From assembly GCA_965112155.1 (NCBI GenBank), contig OZ218099.1: DNA of 64,000 bases. One strand, given 5' to 3'. A program made the position numbers and the translations under genes. Below are positions 39,001-51,285 of this stretch, piece after piece. Positions within the stretch are counted from its first letter, which is position 1. The number at the start of each line of letters is the position of its first letter. The notes under the pieces are model-generated. The model was given only the letters and a program-made list of their open reading frames with translations, ran no database searches and was not told where the DNA came from. This DNA comes from Podarcis liolepis (Eukaryota).

Positions 39001-40100
39001 AGCCTTTTTCACTTTTTGATAAAGCAATTAGCATAACTAAGCATTAAGAGAGATCTATACTACAGCCGCTATTTTAAACACTTACAGAAATTGCTGTTCA
39101 CTTTCTGGTGAAATTTACTTAAACCGTAGAACCAAATAATTTTACTTCTATTTTTGAAGTCTTGCACTGGATATTTTCAAAATCTTTACACACACACATA
39201 TATACACACACACACTGCTGTAAGTTTAATTAGGGGCTAACTATTGTGAAGGTGGCATTTTTTAAAAATACAGGTAATTTTCTTAAATGAATTCATGTTT
39301 TGCAAATTTTGAGAATAGAACTTCCTGGTGAGGACTCATCTGGCATTTCTGTTTTGCAGTGGTCCATTTCAATTATGCTTTGAAGTTGCTTTTGGTCTTG
39401 GGACAAACCCAGCAAGTCAGGATAATGCATATGGGATGAGATATTCCCTGATCTACAATGCAGAAGGCAGTTAATATCAGAGCATTAACTTTTGCCTTCT
39501 TTTGAAAGACAGAGTAGCAGAGATAACTTTACAGCTTTTTCCTAAGTTGTCATTCTGGTTTTTATTACTGTATGTATAGAGCAGCATCAATCAATTTATT
39601 AAATACAAAACAGTTTCTTGTAATCAAGGTTCTTGGATTCCACTTATATTCACATTATGTTTTATTATTATACATATATTTAACATAGTTCAAACATTAT
39701 TATACATGTAAGAAAATACTAGAGCGGCCTTTCCTTCTGATTTTTTTCCAGATAGATAAATCTAGGTTCTGCGATGTGTAATCTATTTCATCTTGAAAGT
39801 TATAGTAATTTTATGAAATTTTCAGAAATCTGCTTAAATGGGCCATTTTAAGATTCTCATCTTTCACTGTTTGCTTTTCTGATGGGATGGGTTATTTTGG
39901 TGGAAACAGTTGCTCATTAATTATCACCCTGTCTTCTGCTGTAAAAAGTCTGATTAGATACTGTGTATGTTCTTATGTCCATGAACTTCAGCTACTCGTG
40001 TGCAATTGTCTGTATGGGAATGGAGTAGTGTTCATGATCTGTATTTACGTCATCATATGGATGTATATTTATTAATAAAGTAATTGCTTTAAACACCAAA
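36038..40100 (+). other. C5orf24: C5orf24 long 3'UTR (~4 kb), poly(A) signal AATAAA 40074-40079
   Basis: Stretch with no recognisable transposon, ending at AATAAA followed by U/GU-rich sequence; repeats resume at 40439. Confidence 0.65.
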
Positions 40101-40438
40101 TAACTTTATTACTGTATGTTTTATATTCTTGCCACCCCCACCCCCAGTGTAAGTTGAAACCCAGCAAACACCTGTTAAATTAACCAGCTTTGCAGATGAA
40201 TAAAGCAACTCTTCAATTGTTACCCATAAAAAGAAATTGAATGTTTTGAACTACTTTTTTATATGCTTTCCCTCGCTTGTTCTCTTATCAGATGGATATA
40301 TGTTCCAAACAAAAATAATTCCCAACTCCCTTCTCTTCCCCCACTTTATTTTCTGAAAGTATTAGGGATTGGGCCCACCATATAGGGATTACTTACTCCC
40401 TGCTTGTTATCTCCAGGCCAGTTTACCAATCATAATTA

Positions 40439-40608
40439 CCGTATTTTTCGCTCTATAACACGCACCCGACCATAACACACACATAGTTTTTAGAGGAGGA
40501 AAATCCATAGGCATGCCACCCATAGGCATTTCCTCCATAACACGCACAGACATTTCCCCTTACTTTCTAGGAGGAAAAAAAGTGAGTGTTATGGTGCAAA
40601 AAATACGG
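40439..40608. mobile_element. Tc1/mariner (Tc2-like) MITE, 170 bp
   Basis: TA|CCGTATTTTT ... AAAAATACGG|TA. Confidence 0.85.
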
Positions 40609-43600
40609 TAGGATGCTGGGCAATGCAGATAGTCTTAGTGGCCATAAACAGCAATACTGCAGCCCCACTATTTCTTGAAAGACTTTCAGAAATGTTATAA
40701 GACCACCTTGCATTAATTTTAGTGACAGTTCAAACCTTGGTTTGAGTGACTTCAAGTTTTTTATTTATCTGAACTTAATTTATTATATATATGTTTTCAG
40801 CTTACATCAACAGACTTGCTCTGTAATTTGACAAGGAAAACATTTTTACAGTGGTATTGCATATAGAGGAGGGGTGGGGAACTGGAGCAGATCAGCAGGC
40901 TGGATCCAGATCTGAGCCACCCTCTGCTGACCACTTTTGACTGGCAGATGTCATGTGACAGCCATTTATTCAAACTCCAAAAGGAAGAATCAGCAGCACA
41001 CTCTTAAGTGTGTTCCTGAGACTTCCCTTCTTCCTTTGTAGCCTTGGCTTGAATTGAAGCTGCTACTGCTGCCGCAAAGACTTCTGCAGAAAGCAGTGCT
41101 AATTGTACACCCTGTTTTGGCAGGGATCAGCTCCACTTGGGTGCTCTGATTGGGAGCTCCTGAGTGGAGCTGACCCCAGTGGTCTTTGCATTTAAAAGCA
41201 CTAAATGCAGGTCTTGCTTGCCAAGGAACAATTCAGAGCACACTTTAAGACTCCTGGTGGTTTCTTTGCAGTTGTGACTTTACCTGCCCCACACCTGTTA
41301 CCATAAGCTGTCAGGTGTGAGGCAGGTGGGTGTGGCTTGGAGAATACAGCCTTGTAGGTTAAAACTGGGGATCCTGATGGGCCTAATTTGTCTTGTGTGT
41401 TGAATGTTTCCCATCCTGATAAAGAGAAAGGGGATGTAGTTCAGTGCTTTGTGTGCAGAATGTCCAAAGTTTCTACCTTAGCATCTCCAAGTTGGATTGG
41501 GAAAGACTTGTGTCTGCAATGTCAATAGGTGATATATAATGTCATGTGAATGGACTTCTTCCCCACCCCGCCCTACAGAGGAAATTTTGGGGGGGCTGCA
41601 GAAGGGAGGAGGACCTACAGCAGCTATTAATTTCATCTATTAATCACTTCCCACGAGGCATCCCAAAGCAATTTAGAATATTTTATTATGTTGCATGTCA
41701 CCCAGTGTAGATAATTGTGAGCTAATACCAGATTCTTAATCCTCTTCTTATTCTAGATTCTTATTCCTCTTGCAGTCAAAATTTTAGAGACATCCAGCTA
41801 ACAATGGTGCTATACCATAGTGCTGCTCATGCCATTTATGTAAGGCACTTGATACACTTTTGCTTAAAATTTAGAATATGTAGGGTTATATCTGATGTAT
41901 TGCTAGATATGTTGTTATGAGTAGTCCTCTTTAAAGATCTCGACATTTCTATGTATCGCTGTGATGTGGCAAAGTTCCAATATCAATAATAATTAGGGGG
42001 AAATCTGAACTATCAAAATTTAGCATTGTTCCTGTTGGCTATGGTAATTATGGTTCAGTAAGAGGCTTTTATCCAAACAGCTATATTTAAACAGTTGACC
42101 ACCTTGGTGGTCTACACACCGCTGAGTATTTACTGATAACAAGACAGAAAAAATGTCAAAAACTGCACCTTAAGTTATCATTCAGGTACATAGGGTGGGG
42201 GCAGAAACCATTCTATGATCTATTTTTTAAATAGCAGAAAGCAAACCCCATCTTTTTTATGCATATCACAGCTGTTAGATAACTGTTTCAGGATAAGTTA
42301 CTTAATATTCCATAAACACCATGAATTGAATCCAAATGAACTTACTTCAACAGAAGATCCAATCCCATATGGATCCCATCTCCAATGTAAGATGGGAAGG
42401 CATTCACAAAGTATATCATTTATGCAGGGACATGTAAGAGTGTGGATCAAAACTGAACATCTTTTTTGGTCCCAAGCACTGCATTTCATGGTGAGACAGA
42501 GACACACAGCAGATAAAAGAAAATTATGCGTGCTTTGTGTCCGAAAAGCAAATTGCCAATAACATGAACAATTGAAAGAGATATTTAAGAGCATGGCCAT
42601 GCTGCCTAGGGTTGATGGGATTTGGAGCTCAGCAACATCTGGAGGGCCACAAGCTCCCCACCCATGATCTTAAATATCCCTTTCAATTGTTCACGTTATT
42701 GGCAATTATCACCTATGAGTTTCTGATCTCAATGAAGCAGACTAATTTTCAAATAGATAAACTGCAAGATACAACTGCTAACCAAACCTGCCTTTCCAGG
42801 ATCTGCTAACCAAACCTATAATTTCCAGGATCAAGTGCCTGGATAAAAGGGCTTTTTCTTTTTCTAAGGCATGTTTTCTTTTGCATTTTTCCAAGGTTCT
42901 TCATGTTTAAGTAATACCAAAAGGATATTCTATAGACTCAGAGTTTTTTTCATCTACAGTAACCTGCATTCTAAGTTTGTTGTAAGTTATGTCATTGTAA
43001 AAACTTCCAAAGATTTAAAGCAAAATAAAACTTGCAAATGAGAGCACTTTAGATTGTTAACAGTGTCTAAAGGCAGATGGGTATCTTTCTGTATCACTTT
43101 CTGGCTTCTTTGGCATAATATCCATCTAATGTATAAGTTAAAACTTTTTGCCATGGTAGAAATAAATACAAAACCTAGTTTATTTGGAACATACAGTTGC
43201 AAACAGTGTGCGGGCAACTCTATTCTGTTTCGGAATTCTCATAAATTTTACATTAAAGTGCACTGAATTTGGGCCATTTCAAGTCTGCTGGGTAGCTATG
43301 AAAAGAAAGAGATGATGTATGAGAATCTGGTTATCCAGCAGTGCCAAAGTAGGTTGTTTCATATGCTTCCCTAGATAAGTATAAACAATAATCTATGGAC
43401 TATTCATGTTCCTTTCCTGCATCTCTCCCATTATATTTGTTCTTGGATAAAACAATCAAACAAACTTTGGTTTAAGAGAAAATTTTACATGCTTAGGAAT
43501 TTAATTCATGTGCCAAAAAGCAAGGCAATTGCAAGTTAAGCCACTCTACCCTAACTAACGAGTCATGCTTGCAGAAAAATGCATTCTACAGGCTCTTACA

Positions 43601-44742
43601 TTGTACTTACATAGAAAAGCATTTTGATCCTAAAACAGCTTTTTGTTTTTAATGGATATTTTTTGAAAATGGAATTGAATTAACCTAAGGCCAATGATTG
43701 TGATGACTTGTCTATAATACATAACTCTGCAGTGATATAAAGTATTGAAAGTCACAATATCTCAGTAATTAGATATTGCCCCTGCAAGGTAGGTCATCTT
43801 CATATTGTTGATGTTTTTAGTTTGTTCCTAGTTTGTCCTGTAGTCCCATTTGATTAGCTGTCTGGAGAGGAAGAAGTAAAGCTGAGACAATAGCCTTGGA
43901 ATTCAGTCCTTTATTATCTGAGACTGAAAATTAAGTTAACACAGAGATATCAAAAGAGATGAGATATAGAACAACATACTTGAAGTGAGCCAAACCAGTG
44001 AATAGAATCAGAAAACTGTAGAGTTGGAAGGAACCCAAAGGATCATCTAGTTCAACCCCCTGCAATGCATGGTCATGGCAGCCCTTCATTCTATCTGTCT
44101 GTCTGTCTCCTACCTACCCACTCACCCAATCATGAGAACTTCACATGCAAACATGAGCAAGCACACATGCAAGACAGGAAGATAGCACATGCAAACATGA
44201 TAATTGGCCATGCATGCTAGTTCAGTAACAACTGGAGGGCCAAAGTTTCCCTACTCCAACTACAGAGCAATATGCAGCAGCATGCCCACACATGAGCACA
44301 AACCACTAGACAAACCACTTGAGGTAGCACAATGGTTTAACACAATGGTCTGGCTGTTAAACAGAAGGTTGGTGGTTTGAGCCTACACAAGGACAGCTGT
44401 GGGCAAGATTCCTGCATGACCCTCAGCGTCACTTCCAACTCTATGATTCTATGATAATCATTTTTGTATGCAGGCTTTGGAATTATCATAGGCATATGGA
44501 AAACTATCTTATGCCGAGTCAGACCATGGGTCTATGTAGCTCAGCATTGTTTACACTAACTGGATTTCAGGCAGGGTCCTTCCCCAACTCTACCTGGAGA
44601 TGCAGAGGACTGAACCTGGGATCTTCTACATGTAATGTAGATGCTGTAAGCCTGTACCGCAAAGTTATGATCTTCAAATGTCTGTAAAATAAGTTTCCTA
44701 TATTGTGCCTCACTGGCTTCCATTGGAAGTTATTTCTATGTA

Positions 44743-44989
44743 CCGTATTGGCCTGAATATAAGCCTCACTTCTTTCCCAAATTCCGACCGTGAACAGTTA
44801 AAGTGTGGCTTAAATTTGTGACCTTACAAAAACTGGCTTTTACAATATCACTGCTGAAACACATATGGTAAAATGGAACAGGTGTGAGTGCCAGCGGAAT
44901 TTTAAGGGAGCGGCTTATATTCGGGTATTGTCTTTTCTCTCCCCCCCCCCTGAATTTTAAAGGTGCAGCTTATATTCAGGCCAATACCG
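44743..44989. mobile_element. Tc1/mariner (Tc2-like) MITE, 247 bp
   Basis: 22-bp TIR CCGTATTGGCCTGAATATAAGC (1 mismatch), TA flanks. Confidence 0.87.
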
Positions 44990-45344
44990 TAATATAATTA
45001 GAATAAAGGCTAATTAGCATAGATATCAGCACAAGACAGTGGGTGAATCTTTGGGATAATCTAGGGGTCCTTTAGTCATGTCACTCTAGAACATTGCTTA
45101 CACGTGAAGACTACAGCAGCTTCAAATATTAGAATCAGATTGGTTCTGCTAGCTCCATGTTGGAATAACTGAGCATTTTACAGGTTAAGTGTGGCCACTG
45201 TTGGTCAGATCCTAGCCAGTATAATGTGTGGTAGAAATAACCAAATAAATTGGGTTCCTTAATATTATCACAACAGTATTTCTTAGAAGTTATTTTTCTT
45301 TCATAATAATACTGAGGACAGGAAATATTGTCAAAGCACCAAAA

Positions 45345-45505
45345 TAGCCATACATTTAAAGCAGATTATTTCACTCAAAGAATTCTGGGAACTTTAGTTT
45401 GTTAAGAGTGCTGGGAATGCTAGTGCTTTGAGGGGTAAACTATAGTTCCCAGGTATTTTTGGGGGGAGGCAGTGTGTGCTAAATGTGATTTAAATGTATG
45501 GTGTG
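45345..45505. mobile_element. Degenerate palindromic non-autonomous element
   Basis: CCATACATTTAAA ... TTTAAATGTATGG ends with internal CTGGGAACT.TAGTTT / AAACTATAGTTCCCAG arms. Confidence 0.65.
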
Positions 45506-45825
45506 TATGCTTAGTGTCCCTTCTAAGAGACAAAGCTCCTAGTTCACTGAAAGGGAACATATTTTGCATGTAAAAAGTTCATTTTTAACATCTCTACTAA
45601 AGAGCTCTGCTTGCCTACCTAAAGGCATAAGTTGTGTTAGGTAACCACTGGTCATAGTTTCTTCTGCTTTATCACATTCCGAAAGATCTGCATTACTGCA
45701 GTGGTATGTTTTAGAAGGAGACCATGTTATCATTGCCAGCCAGCACACTCAATATCCGAAATGTTTACTGCTGTTGTCTGGGTGCAGAAATTGAATCTCC
45801 TTACAGCAGGTGTTTTGTTTGTTTT

Positions 45826-45850
45826 GCTGCTGCTGCTGCTGCTGCTGCTG
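45826..45850. repeat. (GCT)8 trinucleotide repeat
   Basis: Direct reading. Confidence 0.95.
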
Positions 45851-46663
45851 TAAATGAACCCAACTTTAGGAACTTCTACTCTTCTGCGACACTGATACTG
45901 CAACCCATTTACAGAGCCCCAAACTGTATGAAGATGTTATTGCTGTGTCTTAATTAGGGGGAGGCGTTCAAGCTAGATCAAACTAACATCAGCTTCCGTA
46001 GAATCAGTAGAAGGCAGGACTATATTACCGTAAATAAGTAATTGCCTCTGCAGCAGAATACTCGCCTGGAGGCTGGGTAAAGTATTCTGCGGGTTGTAAA
46101 CAATGTTGCCGCCTCGGGATGCAGAGTGCTGTGGAATCGATTTTGGTTTAATGTTTTAAATACTTTCAATTTGCGCCAACTATCGTAAATTCATTGTTAT
46201 TGCTTGGAGTCGGCAGTGGGTATTGTTCTTTTTCCTTCCTATGCATTTAGCAGCCCTATAGCGACCGCTACAGGCTGCATTTCCATGCAGCCAGAGCTGC
46301 GCAGTTCTACGCCTCCTTTTCCTTTCAGGCTGCCTCATGTATCGGGGAGACGCCCGGTTTCGAGCCGTCCCTTTTAGATGGCCCCTCGTCTGGTTTGGAT
46401 TCCGTTTCCGGACAGACCCAAGGTGGCAGCCACAGGCAAATCGATAATGACAAAGGCTCCTCCCACAGTAAAAATGGCAGCCGCATCGGGGATCTCTATG
46501 GGGATTGCCAAAGGGAAGGAAAATCCCGATTTTTATCTGAGCTCTCCTTAGTTTAGATCTGTGCTGGGGAGACAAAAGTACCAAGGCCAGGATTGTCACA
46601 GAGCTCTCTGCCTCAGTCGAACTCTCTTCCCACCCTCGTAAGTTGGTGGCAGATAAACTGAAC

Positions 46664-46664
<1 letters not shown>

Positions 46665-46716
<52 letters not shown>

Positions 46717-46755
46717 TTTATACTCCGCCCATCCGGCTGGGTTTCCCCAGCCACC
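46665..46755 (-). mobile_element. Extreme 3' end of an L2-type LINE with an (AAT)17 tail, inside the TXNDC15 CpG island
   Basis: (AAT)17 at 46665-46715 then TTTATACTCCGCCCATCCGGCTGGGTTTCCCCAGCCAC, the reverse complement of the L2 end near 33990-34030. Confidence 0.85.
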
Positions 46756-47122
46756 TCAATCTGCAATACGGCGAAAATAATATTAGGCACTTTATTTCTT
46801 CTTGCACAACAGTTAGAAAACGGGGTAGACAGATACAGTGCTGGCAAATCCTGACAAGGGCAAGGTCTTGGGTTTCTGCACTGCCGCCTGCCGCCGAGCG
46901 AGGCACAGTCGGGTCCTGGAGAGAAACAGTCAGGACATCCGGTCCGCCAGCGGACAAAAGGATTTTTCAAGCTCCATAGCGTTTGTTTGTTTTCGTGGTG
47001 CCCCGGAAACGGAAACGAGTGGAGAGCGGAAGCGGCTGTCGTTGGACTGGACCTTGTTTTCCGGTTGATCCGCCGGGTCTTTTCCTTGCCCCCCTCTCCC
47101 AGCTCCCCCCTCCCTTGCGAGG

Positions 47123-47195
47123 ATGATGGTCTTGTCCTCGCGCGGGCGGGGGCGGGGTCTCTGGCTGGCCTGGCTGCTCGCAAGTCTTCTTGCAG
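47123..47195 (+). CDS. TXNDC15: TXNDC15 exon 1 CDS: signal-peptide-like MMVLSSRGRGRGLWLAWLLASLLA
   Basis: Tandem ATGs at 47123/47126, basic n-region + hydrophobic h-region, strong CAG|GTAAG donor; phase 1 matches exon 2. Confidence 0.85.
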
Positions 47196-47824
47196 GTAAG
47201 GAGGGCTCGGTTGCTATGGTAGCACCGCTGGGGGAAGGGGCAGCTGAGCGGAGATGCTGAGGACAGGCTGCGCGCCTCCTTCGTGCACCTGTGGGGAATG
47301 GGGGGGGGGGGGCGAGCCAGCTAGGCTCGCGTCGCCACCCCTTGCTGCTGCTTCTTTTTTAAATGCTTTGGAGAAGTAGGAAGCAACTCCTCTTTCTTCT
47401 GTTTCTCTCTCTGGAGAACAAACAAGATAGGGCAGAACGTAAAATGTAGTCTTGCGCTAGGGAAACTTGCAGGCCTACGTGCGGCTTCGTTTGATCCAGC
47501 AAACCAAGCGCTGCTTTACCAAGCGGGAGCAGATGCCTAAGTGACAGATCTAGTGTTGTGTACTCTTGTTTTATAACCTTGAAGTGTGCTTGCGGGTCCT
47601 AGGGGATTTGGGGGTGGGGGGAAGCAGACCGCACAATTCTGAAATTGCCCACCCCTGCTGAATATGTAGAGTGGTAGCCAAAGTTGAACTTGTATTCTTG
47701 GGTGGCAGGATTCTATTTTTTGTTGTTGTATGTTTCTTTTCTGTACATATCTTGGATGGGGTCTATTTTCTACAGTACAAAGAAAGACTTCATAAAAAAT
47801 GACACTGGGCTTTGGTCAACAATA

Positions 47825-48063
47825 CAGTGGTACCTCGGGTTAAGTACTTAATTCGTTCCGGAGGTCCGTACTTAACCTGAAACTGTTTAACCTGAAGACC
47901 ACTTTAGCTAATGGGGCCTCCCGCTGCTGCTGCGCCGCCAGAGCACGATTTCTGTTCTTATCCTGAAGCAAAGTTCTTAACCTGAAGCACTATTTCTGGG
48001 TTAGCGAAGTCTGTAACCTGAAGCGTATGTAACCTGAGGCGTATGTAACCCGAGGTACCACTG
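47825..48063 (-). mobile_element. Tc1/mariner (pogo/Tigger-like) MITE, 239 bp, with an extra 17-bp subterminal unit
   Basis: Perfect TIR CAGTGGTACCTCGGGTTA; TA TSD; inverted relative to the 11681 and 31495 copies. Confidence 0.92.
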
Positions 48064-48285
48064 TACTGAATATTTCATGCCACGCTGGTATTTATGGTGA
48101 GGTGAGGGTGACAGTGGTTGCTGTAGTGTGTGAGCCTCACTGAACGGTTTGCTTTCTTTGAGCCCCCTCAATTCACACATTGGATTGTAAGTTCCACCCA
48201 CTGCTGCCTTGTGGCGTTGAATAAAGATAGATGTACTCCTATTGTTCAGCACTAAAGATGTTATATGTTCTTGCATTTTTTGTAG

Positions 48286-48776
48286 CAGTAGCTGAAATGG
48301 AAGAAACCACTGACTCGCCATCTGAAAAGTTAAGTGAAACTGCTGTACCATTCGCTGTGAAAAGCAGTTCTGTACCTGCAAGCAGCGATGGGCCTAAAGA
48401 ATCGGTACAGTACAGGACTGCAGAAATAGCTGATGCTATGATGGGTAGCAGCATACCTGCAGCTGAGCCTGTAGTTCTGTCAGTTGTTCCAGGTGAGTCC
48501 AAGGAGAGACAGGTCTTGGAGCATGACACCGGCACCTGTGATGCAGCCGTTGATGGTGAATGCAGTACGCAGGGTATTGTTTCATTTTTATCTCAACCTG
48601 GGTCTCCTATACAAGAGCAAGTAATAGATTCACCTGTAGTTCTGGAAGCAGTGCATCCTTCATCAGGAGAGGACTCTAATAGCACAGATGGTATGAAAAC
48701 CCCAAAAGTGAATTGTGAGGAAAGAAACATTACAGGGATAACAAACTTCACATTACAAATCTTGAATATTTCACAA
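48286..48776 (+). CDS. TXNDC15: TXNDC15 exon 2: acidic low-complexity linker then PKVNCEERNITGITNFTLQILNISQ
   Basis: ORF 48231..48800; acceptor TAG/CAG/TAG (start may be 48286, 48289 or 48292); CAA|GTAAG donor. Confidence 0.92.
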
Positions 48777-49769
48777 GTAAGTAGAAAGCACTCTAATTGA
48801 TTTATATATATATATATATATATAAAAAAATTATTTTAATTTAAGAGTTTTTTTTCATTTGTCGTCTTATTATCAGAATTCTTTATATAAATGTGGAAGG
48901 CATAACTTGCTTGAATAAAATTATTCAGGAAGAAAAAGGATGAATTCTGTGTATATTCTGTATTTGTTTTCCTCAAGCCTGAAGGCTGCATCTTATACTA
49001 CTACTACTCTTACATCTCACTTTAGACCACCTCACTTTTTCTGGCTGGCAGGACAGATAGTTATCTCCCTACCCTCTGGTGAGCCAAATTTGGCAGCTGG
49101 GTGTGGGAACAGTTGTGCATAGCCAAACTGAACTCTCTGCAAACTGCCACATACTGCTCCTTACAACTTCTGATTTTGGAAGTTGAAAGGGATTATGGGG
49201 GCTGCTTCAAAGAGCAGTCCTAGGAGGGAGAGGCAATTTCTATTTCACGGAAACTGCGTCTTCCTCCTTAAGCAAGGTGCGTTCCTACTGCTTATCAGCT
49301 GATGCCTTACTCCAGCAAAGAAACATGCCTTGCTCCAGTAAAGAAATAACCAGGAGGTTGCTTAAGCTGTTGGTTGCTCCTTTGGAAGCCCCACTCTTAC
49401 CAGTATGACATTGGGTGTAGGGTGGGTGTATGGGTGAGCAGGTGTGGGTCCTCCAAAATAACCTGGCCGGCCAAATTTGGCCTATACCTGCAATGAGGTT
49501 GTGGGTTGTGTCTCTGCTGATGGTGGCAAGTAGGTGAATGTCAAAATATCTCCTGAACTTCATGGTTGCAATGAAAGTTAAAAGCTCCCTAAGTCATTTA
49601 AAAACTGTTGTGCAGGTAATAAGTTTTTTAACCTGAATTGACGAAGTTCACCTTGCACGTAGAAGTACTTCACCGCCTTGTTGAGATCAGGATAATTAAC
49701 GTGAGCAATACTAAGTTAAATGAGTTCCCATTATGCCTTTAAAAAGTCACTTTTCTCCTTCTCTTGCAG

Positions 49770-49933
49770 GATTTAATGGAGTTCTTAAATCCAAATGGCA
49801 GTGACTGTACCTTAGTCCTGTTTTATACTCCTTGGTGCCGTTTCTCTGCCAATCTGGCTCCTCATTTTAATTCTTTGCCCCGAGCATTCCCAACTCTTCA
49901 TTTCTTGGCATTGGATGCCTCTCAGCACAGCAG
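49770..49933 (+). CDS. TXNDC15: TXNDC15 exon 3: thioredoxin fold with monothiol WCRFS (CxxS) at 49833-49847
   Basis: [54 protein letters not shown]; CAG acceptor, CAG|GTAAC donor; 164 nt. Confidence 0.96.
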
Positions 49934-50492
49934 GTAACCTTTATATCCCTCTCCTTTCAGGACTACTGTACTATCTTCATGTATTTTAAATCAGGGTTAA
50001 GCAAATGTGCATTTTAATTGAATAATAATTTGTCCATAAATTTATTTTCCAAAATTTAGGCTGTTTTAATTGCATACATTTTGCCCAGTTCACACTAATC
50101 CACGTACCCATTATCAGCACTTAGCAGAAACAACTGAAGACATTTTTGTTCCCACAAAGTTTCCCAGCTGGATGAATATGTCTCTGCTAAGGCTGTCTGC
50201 TTTGTCTTGTTTTTAAACTCAACTTCTGTTTTCAACTATTTTTAGCTGTTTTTATTATACTTTGTACATTGCCTTTGGCCATATGTGGAAGGCAATTGAT
50301 TAACAATAGTATTGATTTTCTAGAGCACCTGTTTGAGTCTAAAGTGTGTTGTGACCAAATGAATATATTTCTTCTGCTGAAATTAGCTATGGTTCCAATT
50401 TTGTACTGAAAAACACTCAGTTATTTTATCATGGGGTTAAATGCAAGACATATTTAGCAAAGCTAACTCTTTGTTATCTTATGTCTTCACAG

Positions 50493-50623
50493 TTTATCAA
50501 CCAGGTTTGGAACTGTAGCTGTTCCCAACATCCTTCTTTTTCAAGGAGCTAAGCCAATGGCAAGATTTAACCATACAGATAGAACCCTGGAAACACTGAA
50601 ATCTTTCATTTTTAATCAGACAG
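50493..50623 (+). CDS. TXNDC15: TXNDC15 exon 4 ([43 protein letters not shown])
   Basis: CAG acceptor, CAG|GTAGG donor; 131 nt; cis-Pro loop AVPN. Confidence 0.96.
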
Positions 50624-50629
50624 GTAGGA

Positions 50630-51285
50630 TTTATTTACTCATTTATTTAATATATTTATATTCCACCTTCCTCCCAAGTTGGGATTCAAGGCAGCTTACA
50701 ACATTTAAAAACATCAGTTATATAATATAATATATAATAAAAAGAAACTCGTTGACAACAATAATTAAAATGCACTTCAGTGTATTTAAAACCAACAATT
50801 AAAATACAATTTGTCCTGACAGCAGCCCAGTGATCAGCATCATCTGTACCTTAGTTTCCAAAGGTTTGTCTGAACAGGAAGCCAATCTAATCTCTCTTAG
50901 GAGCAGATTCCATAATTTGGGAGGAATCGCAGAAAACACTCTCCCATGTTACCACCAGTCATGCTTCTGATGTTGATGGGACCAAGAGGAGGTATTGACC
51001 CAAGGGTCTTAGAACCCAGGCAGGTTCATACAGGGATATTTCAGGTAGCCTGAGCCCAAGCCATATAGGGCTTTATAGCCATCACTTTGAATTGTGACGG
51101 GGAACAAACCAGTAGCTAGTAAAGTTGTTTTAACAGTGAGGTAACATGCTCCCTGGAACCAGCACCAGTCAGCAGTCTGGTTGCAGCATTCTGGGCCAGA
51201 TGAAGCTTCTGAACACTTTTCAAAGGCAGACCCATATGGCGGTTGTTACAGTAGTCCAAATAGGATGTAACCAAGACATTTAACA
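50630..51285 (-). mobile_element. Old L2-type LINE 3' portion, followed by a CR1-type end at ~51305-51440
   Basis: TTTA tail next to the exon 4 donor; minus strand carries decayed 'RLDYCN...LQLVQNAA.RL' L2 ORF2 signature. Confidence 0.7.

Larger units (their letters stand above)
46200..47540 (+). promoter_or_regulatory. TXNDC15: CpG island promoter of TXNDC15 with clustered ETS/GABP-like GGAA motifs (47003-47033) and a YY1-like AAAATGGCAGC (46471-46481)
   Basis: CpG-rich, encloses exon 1; motifs read by eye. Confidence 0.8.

Noticed and set aside
42775-42833. ~28-bp direct repeat (CTGCTAACCAAACCT...TTTCCAGGAT x2); similar short duplications near 4558 and 33859
   Set aside because: Two-copy slippage duplications with no spacer structure; not CRISPR-like and no evidence of function.
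46180-47199. Minus-strand 195-aa and 139-aa ORFs suggesting a divergent gene
   Set aside because: CpG-island artefacts; the poly-Ile is the (AAT)17 repeat; there is no supporting exon structure.
49833-49847. Non-canonical CxxS active site as a lineage novelty
   Set aside because: WCRFS is the normal TXNDC15 motif as I recall it from other vertebrates.
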